From positions 3,262 to 67,261 of the forward strand of contig CAYRJZ010000004.1 in assembly GCA_964424775.1 (NCBI GenBank): a stretch of 64,000 nucleotides of DNA. Direction: 5' to 3'. The DNA is from an uncultured Gammaproteobacteria bacterium (GTDB lineage Bacteria; Patescibacteriota; Microgenomatia; Levybacterales; UBA12049). Position numbers and translations under genes: made by a program. A model generated the notes under the pieces. The model saw only the letters and a program-made list of their open reading frames with translations, was not told the origin of the DNA and did not search any database. Below are positions 37,871-47,677 of this stretch, piece after piece (the stretch's first letter is position 1; the number at the start of each line of letters is the position of its first letter).

Positions 37871-40210
37871 ATGTCTGAACAACTAAAATCCATTGAAAAT
37901 AGACCTAATCATGCTACTGCTTTTGATGGAGGTGTATTTACTATTGAATACTTCACCTCTGATCCCAAAGGACTTGAAGTCATAACTCGAAATAGTCTTC
38001 CTAGACGTGACAGAGTTCCTGAAGGTGATTCCCAACTTGCCGGAAGAAATGTTCGACCACTCGATATGAGTCAAATTGACAAAGAATTACTCAAAGAAGG
38101 CATGCAATCAGAAGCAGGAAAATTTGGATATAAGGCTGATTTTCCTCGTGAGCTAGTAAGACCAGAGTCAAGCCCTCTTGCAAAACTCCGCAGACAGCAA
38201 CTTAAAGGCGCAACGACAGAAGATCCACTTAAACCATACGTTCCAACAGAAGCTGAACTTCCTTTACTACAACAACGACAGGAATTAATTGAACAAGCCA
38301 AACTCCGCGATACTCTTGGTCTAAAAGTTGGTATTGAAGCAGCCCAGCTTATTGGAAATGCTCTCCATATTGACACTCGGCCGGTCAGTTATCCAGCATA
38401 TGGGAAACTTTCCCGTCCTGGAATGAATTCAGAAGTTGAAGATATTAGTAGCGCAACTGGTGTATGTGCCATTGTGAGAACTGCTGATAATAAATTTCTT
38501 TTGCAATATCGAGCAGAATTAAAAGTAGAAGAAATAGATGGTGTAAAAAAGACTTCTGGAAATGCTTCATATGGCGGAATACCAGGTGCGAGTGTAGCGG
38601 GATTATTGGACGGAAAGTTGGATCATGATAAAACACGAATCGATAGTCAAGGACAAACTGTTCATGACCGAGGCAAACTTCAGCCTGTAACGACACAGAC
38701 AATTCATCAGCGTATTACTGAAGAAGGATCACAAGAAATTGGACTTGGAGAAGGTCAAGTTGAATATAGAATTGTTGGACTTGCCCATGATAAAACCAAA
38801 CCTCACCATGAATTCCTTCTCCTTGGTTCAACAAAACTTACTGCTGAAGATGTATTAAAACAAGCTCGTCAAACAAAAAAAAATCAAAAACTCTCGGAAA
38901 AAGATTTCGAAGAAAAATTTGTCCCAATTGATGCAACAGCAGAAGCAATCGAAATTCTGCTTACAAAAGTGAAATGCCCACTTCCTCCTACCCATTTGGC
39001 AGCCTACGTTGCTGCAGGGTATGCATTGGTCCTTGAACAAGGAGGAAAAGAAGCAGCCGAAGTATGGAAAAAAGAGATGCAAGTAAAAATTGCTGAGAAC
39101 TATACTGATATAAATAAACAAGTTATGACTCACTATCAAAAACATCCAGAACTTCTTGAAAAAAAAGATGATAAGAGACCTCCTCGTAATTCACAAGGAT
39201 ATTCTGCTGATTACACACCATCCGAACAAGGACTTCCGACATTTGATGCAGAAGTTATTCGTACAAGACTTGTCAAACCTGAAATGTCTGAACAAATAGA
39301 AGTAGATAAATTCGAAAAGACATCCAAGCCAGATAAAATATGGATGCTCGATATTGACGGTGTTATTACTAACGCAACTTCTCACGAAATTGAGCAGCCA
39401 ATTATCATTGACACCATACTCAAGTCTCTCCGCAATGGTGAGCCCGTTGCACTCAATACAGGACGCACATTGAATTTCGCTCTCCAACATGTTGTACCAG
39501 AACTTCTGAATGCAGGACTTACAGATGAAGAATTTGCAAATTTTTACGCAGTTGGAGAAAAAGGAGCTACGACACTTTGGTATAAAGATGGAAAATTCCA
39601 TATGTGGCGTGATAAAGATCTTGTCGTCGATGAATCACTCCGGGGCGATCTAGATAAATTTGTTACTACGCTAGTTGGAGATACTATGTTTCCTGGTGAA
39701 CCCAAACCTTCAATGTTATCTCCACAGCTCAAAGAAAAACTTTCTCCTGATCTCGTAGAAAAATTCGATAATGAAGATCATATGAAGGTCTATCTTTATG
39801 CCAAAGCACTTATTGAAAGTAAAGGACTTCAAAATATTTATAGAGTTGATAAGACAAAGATTGCAGTAGATATTGAACACGCTCGTATGGGAAAACAATT
39901 AGGAGCACAAAGGATACTTGATTGGCTCTCAAGACGAAATATGGAGCCCAAGCATTTTATAGGAGTTGGAGATAGTGGCTCTGATGCACAAATGGCAGAT
40001 GAAGTATATAAAGAAATGCAGAAAAGAAGTCGATTTGGGAGACCGACAGTTCAATTTATTTTTGCAGGAAATAGAGAGTCATTCACCAAATATCTCGTCA
40101 GCCAAGACATACCTACTCCTCAATATTCCGTTGTCTATACAGCTCCAGATAGTGAAAAAAAGCCGGTAACAGATAAAAGTTTTGCAGACTATCTTGCTTC
40201 TCAACACTAA
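37871..40210 (+). CDS. Large multidomain hypothetical protein with C-terminal HAD-superfamily phosphatase domain, inserted between rplA and rplJ
   Basis: HAD motif I DIDGVIT (about 39350-39370), motif II LNTGR, motif IV GVGDSGSDAQ (about 39962-39997). A middle region has a weak Nudix-like signature (FLLQYRA...GGIPG...QRITEEGSQEIG). N-terminal about 200 aa unassigned. Confidence 0.6.
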   Translation: MSEQLKSIENRPNHATAFDGGVFTIEYFTSDPKGLEVITRNSLPRRDRVPEGDSQLAGRNVRPLDMSQIDKELLKEGMQSEAGKFGYKADFPRELVRPESSPLAKLRRQQLKGATTEDPLKPYVPTEAELPLLQQRQELIEQAKLRDTLGLKVGIEAAQLIGNALHIDTRPVSYPAYGKLSRPGMNSEVEDISSATGVCAIVRTADNKFLLQYRAELKVEEIDGVKKTSGNASYGGIPGASVAGLLDGKLDHDKTRIDSQGQTVHDRGKLQPVTTQTIHQRITEEGSQEIGLGEGQVEYRIVGLAHDKTKPHHEFLLLGSTKLTAEDVLKQARQTKKNQKLSEKDFEEKFVPIDATAEAIEILLTKVKCPLPPTHLAAYVAAGYALVLEQGGKEAAEVWKKEMQVKIAENYTDINKQVMTHYQKHPELLEKKDDKRPPRNSQGYSADYTPSEQGLPTFDAEVIRTRLVKPEMSEQIEVDKFEKTSKPDKIWMLDIDGVITNATSHEIEQPIIIDTILKSLRNGEPVALNTGRTLNFALQHVVPELLNAGLTDEEFANFYAVGEKGATTLWYKDGKFHMWRDKDLVVDESLRGDLDKFVTTLVGDTMFPGEPKPSMLSPQLKEKLSPDLVEKFDNEDHMKVYLYAKALIESKGLQNIYRVDKTKIAVDIEHARMGKQLGAQRILDWLSRRNMEPKHFIGVGDSGSDAQMADEVYKEMQKRSRFGRPTVQFIFAGNRESFTKYLVSQDIPTPQYSVVYTAPDSEKKPVTDKSFADYLASQH

Positions 40211-40257
40211 AATTTTACTTGTATCCTCCGCTGTAAAGATTAATAATAGATATATTC

Positions 40258-41397
40258 ATGTCCGCTTTTTGCATTTTTAAATGTCTTTCTGGACGAGCAG
40301 ATGCATATGTACTTCTTCTCGTTGGAGCTGCGATGGCAGCTGGAGCATTTATGGTAGGGGGAGTTCTGCCGGAGAATAGAAAATCTGCTAATCAAGCCGC
40401 TACAATTACCCCCTCACCTATTTCTCAAGAAATAGAAGATTCAAATACGTATGAGTCGGATATTTTCCTTCAAGAAAACCTGTCTACTGTCTCTTCTGGA
40501 GAAGCTGATCTTGTAGTCGTAAATTTTTCACTTACCGACCGCAATGGTATCGTTAAAACAACTTTTGATCCCGGTGAACGGATTTATCCAAAAGTTACAT
40601 ACAATAATATTGGATCAGCTCGTATTCTCTCTGAATCAGGATATATCAATAGTCAAATATATGATAATCAACAGACTCCTGCACAGCAAAATCAACAATC
40701 AGATGTCAATGTCTGGATGAGGAATGGTAGATATGGTGTTCAGTACATAAAAACCTATGAGGCTCGACCCGATGGGCTCAACAGCGCTTTTTACAAGGGA
40801 GAAAGGTACTGGATAAGAAATCGTTCTGGGACATTTACCGCCCGAGTGTATTTAAATTATGATCACGGTGGAATAGAAACAAACTTTGAAAATAACCAAC
40901 GTACTGTTACGTATACTATCCGCAATCTCCCTTCACCTACTCCAACAAAAAAACCTACCCCAACGCCAACAAAAACAGCAAGTAATGTAGGAGATGTAAA
41001 TGCTGCACCGAATAGTAATAGCTGTGGTGGAAAATATAGTTTTAACAACCCGATTGGATTGAACTTTGGTGACCCAGCTTGTACTTTCACAAAAGACAAA
41101 CTCTATTCCCTCCTCAAACAACACGATTCACAAAATGCTGATTACTGGTTTTACACTGTTATCCCTTGTGAAAGTCCAGGATACAATGCTAATTTGTATT
41201 ACCGATGCGGACCGGCAGGATGTACACCTGATCCCTCAGGTGCATGGGGACTTTTCCAAATGGGACGAGGAAGAAACGGTCAATATGATCATGGTGATGT
41301 CGCTTGGCCAAGACAAGTTACAAATGCAACAACTTATAGACAAAATATTGGCTGGGGCGGCTGGAGGTACTGGGCGTGTGCTCAATCTCGGTGGTAA
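40258..41397 (+). CDS. Secreted protein with PT-rich linker and C-terminal lysozyme/transglycosylase-like Cys-rich domain (tentative)
   Basis: N-terminal TM/signal. PSPTPTKKPTPTPTKT linker. C-terminal CESPGYN ... GAWGLFQM resembles the catalytic E-S ... G-L-x-Q arrangement of SLT/Rpf-like transglycosylase domains. 8 Cys. Confidence 0.45.
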   Translation: MSAFCIFKCLSGRADAYVLLLVGAAMAAGAFMVGGVLPENRKSANQAATITPSPISQEIEDSNTYESDIFLQENLSTVSSGEADLVVVNFSLTDRNGIVKTTFDPGERIYPKVTYNNIGSARILSESGYINSQIYDNQQTPAQQNQQSDVNVWMRNGRYGVQYIKTYEARPDGLNSAFYKGERYWIRNRSGTFTARVYLNYDHGGIETNFENNQRTVTYTIRNLPSPTPTKKPTPTPTKTASNVGDVNAAPNSNSCGGKYSFNNPIGLNFGDPACTFTKDKLYSLLKQHDSQNADYWFYTVIPCESPGYNANLYYRCGPAGCTPDPSGAWGLFQMGRGRNGQYDHGDVAWPRQVTNATTYRQNIGWGGWRYWACAQSRW

Positions 41398-41930
41398 TTA
41401 TGAATATATTTAATAAAATACGATCATACCTTTTGACACTGAATCCATTTATTTGGATAGGGATTTCACTCCTTCTTCTTGGTGGCATTTTTTTCTTTTC
41501 ATTTCAAACAGATATACCAACTCCTATAACAGAGACAAAGACCATTTCTCCTTCTACTTCTTCTCCTCTTATCTATCCTCGTGACAAGACAGAAAAGTTA
41601 CTAGAAATTGTTGGAAAAAGAAAATCTCTTGACGCAGTAGATCAGGAAATACGAGATGAACTTATATCGTCTCTTGGTTCCGTGTCAGGTATTCTTTATC
41701 AGACAAAAGAATTCAGTATTGAATATGTAAAAGAGCCGGATACTTTTATGGTCGGCATACTCACAACAAATATTATTCCTGCACAACAACAAGCAGTTGA
41801 ATGGCTGAAAGAAAAAGGTATAAGTTATCAGGGCATTTGCCACCTCCCTGTTATTTTCTACCCTTCTTTTCCAAAAGAAGACATTAAAGTTGATTCTCTT
41901 TTATTTAATCCAATTCCTGAGGGATGTTGA
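41376..41930 (+). CDS. Membrane-anchored hypothetical protein
   Basis: N-terminal TM, then a globular domain. Overlaps the upstream gene by 22 nt. Confidence 0.4.
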   Translation: MCSISVVIMNIFNKIRSYLLTLNPFIWIGISLLLLGGIFFFSFQTDIPTPITETKTISPSTSSPLIYPRDKTEKLLEIVGKRKSLDAVDQEIRDELISSLGSVSGILYQTKEFSIEYVKEPDTFMVGILTTNIIPAQQQAVEWLKEKGISYQGICHLPVIFYPSFPKEDIKVDSLLFNPIPEGC

Positions 41931-41940
41931 TCGTTCCGCG

Positions 41941-41969
41941 TTGACTCTCCCTTACTTTTCTGGTATGAT
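41941..41969 (+). promoter_or_regulatory. Sigma70-like promoter (TTGACT-N17-TATGAT) for rplJ-rplL
   Basis: ttgact ctcccttacttttctgg tatgat read from the sequence. Placed just after the inserted genes. Confidence 0.55.
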
Positions 41970-41985
41970 ACGTGAGTCCTAAGAC

Positions 41986-42136
41986 AGTAAGCATACAAAT
42001 AAGTCTTACCGAGGAGAAGCATCTATTTACTTGCACTCCTCGTGGAGTGTTTTTTTATGGAACGGAGACCGAAGGTCGAGTTCACTTGCGAATAAAATGA
42101 GACAAGTGTGGATAGAAAAATAAAACATTTTTCTTA
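41986..42136 (+). promoter_or_regulatory. rplJ (L10) leader with attenuator-like hairpin plus U-tract
   Basis: cgaggag-N19-ctcctcg followed by tggagtgttttttt (42010-42057). Autoregulatory L10 leaders occupy this position in many bacteria (established knowledge). Confidence 0.45.
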
Positions 42137-42700
42137 GTGAGAAAAATATACATTATGAACAACGATACAAAAAAAGTCAGTCAAAATAGACAAAAGAAAG
42201 AAACCCTTGTAGGTGAACTTTCTGAGAGAGTTGAGAGATCAAAGGCATTTGTTTTTACAAATTACCAAGGTCTTACTCATCAGCAAATTGAAGGTCTTAA
42301 AAGAGCCTCAAAGAAAATTAATGCTGAGTATGTTGTCGTCAAAAACACCCTCATGCTTCGAGCTCTTGATAAATTTAACTTATCACCGGAGGACAAAAAA
42401 CATTTTGAGCAACCAACTGCAACTCTCTTTATTTATGACGATGTCATTGAACCTCTTAAGGAGCTTCAGAATGTCGTCAAACAATTCCAACTTCCAGCTG
42501 TAAAAATGGGAATTTTTGAAAATCACCCAATTTCTGCAGAAGAGGTTGTAAAATTATCCAATCTTCCACCACTTCCAGTTCTTCGTGGACAACTTCTCGG
42601 CATGATGATGTCACCAGTACAAGGACTTCATCGAGCACTTACCTGGAATATGCAATCTCTCGTTATGACACTGAATGCAATCGCCCAGAAAAAGGGTTAA
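42137..42700 (+). CDS. rplJ: 50S ribosomal protein L10
   Basis: [22 protein letters not shown]10 N-terminal signature. Precedes rplL. Confidence 0.85.
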   Translation: MRKIYIMNNDTKKVSQNRQKKETLVGELSERVERSKAFVFTNYQGLTHQQIEGLKRASKKINAEYVVVKNTLMLRALDKFNLSPEDKKHFEQPTATLFIYDDVIEPLKELQNVVKQFQLPAVKMGIFENHPISAEEVVKLSNLPPLPVLRGQLLGMMMSPVQGLHRALTWNMQSLVMTLNAIAQKKG

Positions 42701-42719
42701 AGGAGGTGAACAGATACAT

Positions 42720-43109
42720 ATGGCAAAACTAACTAAAGAAGAATTAATGCAAGCAATTGAAGAAATGTCTGTTCTCGAACTTTCTGATCTCGTTAAAGCG
42801 CTCGAGGAAAAATTTGGCGTTTCTGCAGCAGCAATGGCTGTAGCAGCAGCACCAGCAGCAGGTCCAGCAGCAGATGCAGCACCAGCTGAAGAAAAGACTT
42901 CATTCAATGTTGTTCTTGCTAGTGCAGGTGGAAACAAGATCGCAGTTATTAAAGCTATTCGAGAACTCGTTCCAACACTTGGTCTTAAAGAAGCTAAGGA
43001 TCTTGCTGACACAGCACCTAAAGAAGTTCTTACAGGCGTTAATAAGCAGACTGCTGATGAAGCAAAGGAAAAACTTACTGCAGCAGGCGCAACTGTTGAA
43101 CTCAAGTAA
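42720..43109 (+). CDS. rplL: 50S ribosomal protein L7/L12
   Basis: [34 protein letters not shown], an Ala-rich hinge, and C-terminal [20 protein letters not shown]. Confidence 0.9.
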   Translation: MAKLTKEELMQAIEEMSVLELSDLVKALEEKFGVSAAAMAVAAAPAAGPAADAAPAEEKTSFNVVLASAGGNKIAVIKAIRELVPTLGLKEAKDLADTAPKEVLTGVNKQTADEAKEKLTAAGATVELK

Positions 43110-43110
43110 C

Positions 43111-43167
43111 AAAAAACCTCGTCCTCATTATTATCTCAGATATAAGAAGGTCGAGGTTTTTTTTGTG
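43111..43167 (+). terminator. Rho-independent terminator after rplL
   Basis: aacctcgtcctc ... gaaggtcgagg followed by ttttttttg. Confidence 0.6.
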
Positions 43168-43209
43168 GTTAGTTGACGATGAATTACCAATCATTTAGGC
43201 TAAATATAC

Positions 43210-44532
43210 ATGATATTTTTTCACAAAAAAGAAATTTATATTATCGTATTTTTTGTCCTTTGTATTGCATTGTTGACTTTATTAACAAAAAATTCACTAG
43301 AGACTCGAAGCAAAGCATCCGACTCAACTCACATACTTGAAGCAGAGTCTGGCATTATTTCTTCCTCCTCCGAACTTATTACTGACTCATCAGCTTCAGG
43401 AGGAAAAGCAGTGAGATTTTTCGGTCAACAGATAACATCTACTCCCACTCCATCTCCTTCTTTGCCTACATCATATGGGCCACAAGGAACACCGATCTCA
43501 TGTGACACCATACCTCATTCCCGTAGAGTTCCAGTTACAACGTTTGAATCTCTTCAGTCATCTATCAACACCGCTCTCCCAGGCGACCTTATCGTTCTTG
43601 CTCCCGGCACATATACAGGTCAATATCTCCGTATTAGTGGTAAAAAAGGTACCGCAACCCAACCCATAACAATTTGTGGAACAAAAAATGCAACAGTTGA
43701 GGCAACTGCCCAGGAAGGAAATTCGCATGGTATATGGCTCCAAAATTCAGCAAATATAACTTTATATAACTTCAATATTCGTAAAGGAAATTTTAGTATC
43801 TTTATCGAATGGAGTGATAATATAACTCTAAATTACATGGATGTAGGATTCTCAGGACTTGCCCTCATTCATGCATGGAAAGATAGCAAGAATTTGAAAG
43901 TTACTAACTCTATTCTTCATGACGCAGGGATAAAAGATTCAGAAGTTGGTGAAGGAATATACCTTGGTTCTAATAATTGGTGGTGGGATGATCCAGGATT
44001 TGAGTCACCTGATAAAAATGATAATTTTGAATTTATGTATAACAAATGTTTTAACATCACAGCTGAGTGTGTTGATATCAAGGAAGGAGTAACCGGAGGA
44101 ATAATAAAAGGGAATTATTTCGATGGATCAGGCATGATAGGGATGAATGCTCCCTCCTCCTGGTCTAGAGATGGAACGAGTGATGACAATTATATTGACT
44201 CTTGGGTAGATATTAAAGGAAATTCTATTATTATCTCAGAAAACTATGGTGACTGGCTCCCCTTTTCTGATACCAATAATGATGCAAAAACAGAATCAGA
44301 TGGCTTTGAAGTTACCGGTAGTATTTCCGGTTGGGGCCAAAAAAATATATTTTCAAAAAATTATGGGAATGGTCGAACTATTACTCAGTATAGAAGTGGC
44401 CTGACACGTCCAGCAGGACCAAGCCGAACAGGAGTCTGGTATACCGATAATGTAACAAATGTCGGGAATAAGATTACCTGTGACAATATTTTTGTAAATT
44501 TCCAAAATAGTTCACGAATACCTTGCCAATAA
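43210..44532 (+). CDS. Secreted right-handed parallel beta-helix (pectin-lyase-fold) protein
   Basis: N-terminal TM/signal. Successive NITLYNFNI / NITLNYMDV / VTNSILHDAG beta-helix repeat pattern. Confidence 0.55.
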   Translation: MIFFHKKEIYIIVFFVLCIALLTLLTKNSLETRSKASDSTHILEAESGIISSSSELITDSSASGGKAVRFFGQQITSTPTPSPSLPTSYGPQGTPISCDTIPHSRRVPVTTFESLQSSINTALPGDLIVLAPGTYTGQYLRISGKKGTATQPITICGTKNATVEATAQEGNSHGIWLQNSANITLYNFNIRKGNFSIFIEWSDNITLNYMDVGFSGLALIHAWKDSKNLKVTNSILHDAGIKDSEVGEGIYLGSNNWWWDDPGFESPDKNDNFEFMYNKCFNITAECVDIKEGVTGGIIKGNYFDGSGMIGMNAPSSWSRDGTSDDNYIDSWVDIKGNSIIISENYGDWLPFSDTNNDAKTESDGFEVTGSISGWGQKNIFSKNYGNGRTITQYRSGLTRPAGPSRTGVWYTDNVTNVGNKITCDNIFVNFQNSSRIPCQ

Positions 44533-45629
44533 TGAAAAAAATATTATTCTTTTTCCTTTTACACCTTTTTCTATTTGTACCCTTTTCTCATACTCCTGTA
44601 TTTAGTCAAACTACTTGTCCGCAAGTGTCTTCAGCAACTGGATCAGTACTTTTACATTTTAATATCACAACATCAGGTCAATATGCATTCTGGAGTAGAT
44701 TAAAAACAGATAGTAACTTGAATAATTCTTACTACCTTCAAGTGGATAATCAGTGTGCAATAAATGTTGGAGATGGTTCTCTTTCGTCGACTGAATACAC
44801 GTGGATTAACTTTAAAGATGGCAATCCTGCCAGTAAAATACTCCTTTCACTCACCACCGGTTCACATACACTCAAATTAATAGGAAAAGATCCTGGAGTT
44901 ATTGTTGATAATGTTCTAATTACTTCTGATCTTAAGTGTACACCAACTGGTCTAGGTGGAAATTGCCAGCAAATTACTACTACACCAACAGTGTACACCA
45001 CTCCGACACCGACACGCACACCGACTCCAACTCCTGCTATTATTCCAACAAGCACCCTCGCTCCCACACCTACTCCGGTAGTAAATGGAATAACTTTCAA
45101 TCTCGAACTCAAATTACAAGGGATAGGTAAAGGAGGTGATAACGCCAATCCAGTGTCTATTGGAAATATGAATCCTATTCATCCGCAAAGAAATATCACA
45201 ATTCAACTTTTTGATGCCAACGGAAAAAAGATTTCAGAAGGAAGCGGAACAGCAAATTTTATTTGGGATAACGGATCTTTCTTCGGGAGAATTTCACTTG
45301 TTCAACGTCCCCCAGTTGGTAATTACCTTGCTGTCATTTCCAGCCCTCAGTTTTTAAATAGACGCTATCAAAAAATAATTTCATTAACTCAAAATCAAAA
45401 CGACGTTTATCTGGACACTGTTACTCTTATTGGCTCAGATGCTAATAATGACAATTCCGTTAATATACTTGACTATAATGTAATCGCTAGTTGTTACAGT
45501 GATCTTCTCCCTCCTATTGATTGTGATAATCTACGAAAATTACAAGCAGATATCACAGACGATGGAATTGTAAATCAATTCGATTACAATTTCTTTATGA
45601 GAAATGCTGGAAATTATCGAGGCGAGTAA
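44523..45629 (+). CDS. Secreted protein with TP-rich linker and C-terminal dockerin-like domain
   Basis: N-terminal signal. TPTPTRTPTPTPAIIPTSTLAPTPTP linker. Two dockerin-type Ca-binding repeats DANNDNSVNILDYNVI and DITDDGIVNQFDYNFF. Confidence 0.5.
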   Translation: MPIMKKILFFFLLHLFLFVPFSHTPVFSQTTCPQVSSATGSVLLHFNITTSGQYAFWSRLKTDSNLNNSYYLQVDNQCAINVGDGSLSSTEYTWINFKDGNPASKILLSLTTGSHTLKLIGKDPGVIVDNVLITSDLKCTPTGLGGNCQQITTTPTVYTTPTPTRTPTPTPAIIPTSTLAPTPTPVVNGITFNLELKLQGIGKGGDNANPVSIGNMNPIHPQRNITIQLFDANGKKISEGSGTANFIWDNGSFFGRISLVQRPPVGNYLAVISSPQFLNRRYQKIISLTQNQNDVYLDTVTLIGSDANNDNSVNILDYNVIASCYSDLLPPIDCDNLRKLQADITDDGIVNQFDYNFFMRNAGNYRGE

Positions 45630-45791
45630 TGTATTTATGAATGCTTCATTTTCTGCAAACATCATCAAAAACATCCGTCTTATGTGAGATTATATCTCCC
45701 TATTACACAATGTAAATTTCACTAATAGTGCAATTTAATTGACTAGTATTTTCTTGTTGCATATTTTACACTTTACTGTTATTCTTCATGT

Positions 45792-46802
45792 ATGGCAGCC
45801 CGAGTAGAACACCTACTCCCGCCCCCCGTTGAAACCAAACACCATCCACTTGGATTTTCTTTTGCCCTTTATGAACCGACGAACATCGTATGGAACACAG
45901 ATGATGTAAAAGCGAAAATTGGTGTAAGAAAAGTCAGACGAGCAAACTCTTTGGAAACGCCTGAGTATATGCTCGCTCACGTTGCAAAAAAATTATTCCA
46001 TTCAGATGAACAAATAGACCTTCTTGGGGTAGCATCAAGTTTTCCAGTTGGTGAAAATTTATCCGGCCTCATGATAGATGTTCTTGACCTAAACGTCAGG
46101 AATAATATTGATATTTATGCTGCATGCTCTGGCTATGCCCGTTTTCTTCTTCATATTGCTGAACTCGCACAAGACCAAGATCTTAATGGGTGGAATATTG
46201 GCTTTGCCTCCACTGAAAGATACTCACCTTTTCTTAAAAAAGGTACATTCGATACAGGGATCTTCACTGATGGAGCAATTGGCCTAAGTAATTTAAGATA
46301 TGGCGAGAATTTCCGTATCTTAAGCGCAGTAGGAAGATCTCTTGATCCTGAGACAAGTACTTCTTTGACAATGCCAGTTGATAGAACATTGATGGAACCT
46401 CCCTTTATTGAGGAGCCGGTTCCTCCTTCCTCTACTGGAATGTTTGAGATGAATGGCCCTGTTGTCTACAGAAACATCATCGATCCACAGCGCGGAGTGC
46501 CAACACTCATTAACGATGTACTTGAGGTAGCCGAGTGCACACCTGATGATATTGATTATCTTATTCCACATCAAGGGAGCAGTAAGACCAATAGAGGATT
46601 AATTCATGCTCTTCCTGAATTCGAAGGTAAAATCATAGAAGATATTACAGACGGCAATCTTTCCAGTGGATCAATTCCAAGAGCATTAAGTAGACTTACT
46701 CCGTCTCATGATCCTGTTCGAATACTCAATGTTGGTTTTGGTGCTGGCCTGTATGGTGTAGCAGCTATTACTGAGCACGGAAACCTTGCTTCACAAAGGT
46801 GA
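45792..46802 (+). CDS. Beta-ketoacyl-ACP synthase III (FabH)-like thiolase-superfamily enzyme
   Basis: Active-site AACSGY (Cys). FTDGAIG, IPHQGSSKTNRGLI (His), GNLSSGSIP (Asn) and NVGFGAGLYG segments match the FabH/KAS III pattern. Confidence 0.65.
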   Translation: MAARVEHLLPPPVETKHHPLGFSFALYEPTNIVWNTDDVKAKIGVRKVRRANSLETPEYMLAHVAKKLFHSDEQIDLLGVASSFPVGENLSGLMIDVLDLNVRNNIDIYAACSGYARFLLHIAELAQDQDLNGWNIGFASTERYSPFLKKGTFDTGIFTDGAIGLSNLRYGENFRILSAVGRSLDPETSTSLTMPVDRTLMEPPFIEEPVPPSSTGMFEMNGPVVYRNIIDPQRGVPTLINDVLEVAECTPDDIDYLIPHQGSSKTNRGLIHALPEFEGKIIEDITDGNLSSGSIPRALSRLTPSHDPVRILNVGFGAGLYGVAAITEHGNLASQR

Positions 46803-47212
46803 TACACTCTGACATAGAAATAATTCCCGACTTTTCCCCGTAACAACTCATCAATACGTCGTAGAAAATCTGAGAAATGACGCGTTATTTTTAAAGAAGC
46901 AAAATTCCCGAATGAACACATTTAATATCCAGAGATACGGCAAGTTGTGAAAAAATGATCAAATTTGCAAAATCTAAAATTTTAGATCTCCGAATTTCTT
47001 GTTCAAATTACTATAAAATGCGTCCGCATAATTCAAAAAACTTTTCAACATTTTGCATTTTATATGTGGAAATCCCCATTTTATCCACATACTTCAGGCT
47101 CCACTCCCCCAACCTTATAATGACAGACTATAGGGGAAACATATGAATGCATAGAGTATTATAGTATTTTACTTAAAGTCTCCCCTTCTCTCTATTCATC
47201 TTATATTAAATA

Positions 47213-47247
47213 AGGCCCTTGCAGGGCATCGTAGGGCCTCGTTTTTT
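47213..47247 (+). terminator. Terminator-like hairpin plus T-run in a 450-nt non-coding gap
   Basis: aggccct-tgcagggcatcgt-agggcct then cgtttttt. Overlaps the nominal TTG start of the next ORF. Confidence 0.4.
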
Positions 47248-47272
47248 AATAAGTTTTGCTATAATTCACTTA

Positions 47273-47677
47273 TTGGATTCTGTGTATATCGATAAAATTG
47301 CATTAGTTGATTTAAAAAACAGAAAATTTCTTGGAACACTCAGTCATGGAAAGGATGTATGGTATGTACCCGGTGGAAAAAGAGAAAAAGATGAGACTGA
47401 TGAAGCAACACTTGTACGGGAAATTCACGAAGAACTTGGAGTAGAAATTATTCCTGACACGCTCGAATTATTTGGTATTTTTAAGGCACAAGCACATGGA
47501 AAACCAAAGGGGACGTTCGTACGAAATACTTGTTATAGAGCTCAGTATAATGGAATTCCGCAACCTATGAGTGAGATTGCTAAAATTGGTTATTTTAACT
47601 CAAATGATGCCTCAAAATTCTCAGAGGTAAATCAGCAAATGATAAAAGACCTCTTATTAAAAGATCTTATCGACTAA
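47273..47677 (+). CDS. NUDIX hydrolase
   Basis: Complete Nudix box GGKREKDETDEATLVREIHEELGVEI (G-x5-E-x7-REUxEExGU). The start is uncertain (TTG at 47273 or GTG at 47282); the ORF-track start at 47219 lies inside the hairpin. Confidence 0.7.
   Translation: MDSVYIDKIALVDLKNRKFLGTLSHGKDVWYVPGGKREKDETDEATLVREIHEELGVEIIPDTLELFGIFKAQAHGKPKGTFVRNTCYRAQYNGIPQPMSEIAKIGYFNSNDASKFSEVNQQMIKDLLLKDLID

Noticed and set aside
44990-45080. Apparent short DNA tandem repeat (acaccgacaccgacacgcacaccgactccaactcc)
   Set aside because: It encodes the TPTPTRTPTPTP linker of the dockerin protein. It is a low-complexity coding segment, not an independent repeat element.
46955-47146. 63-aa plus-strand ORF in the gap after the FabH-like gene
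   Set aside because: It starts inside the 16-nt palindrome and has a hydrophobic low-complexity product. More likely a non-coding regulatory region.
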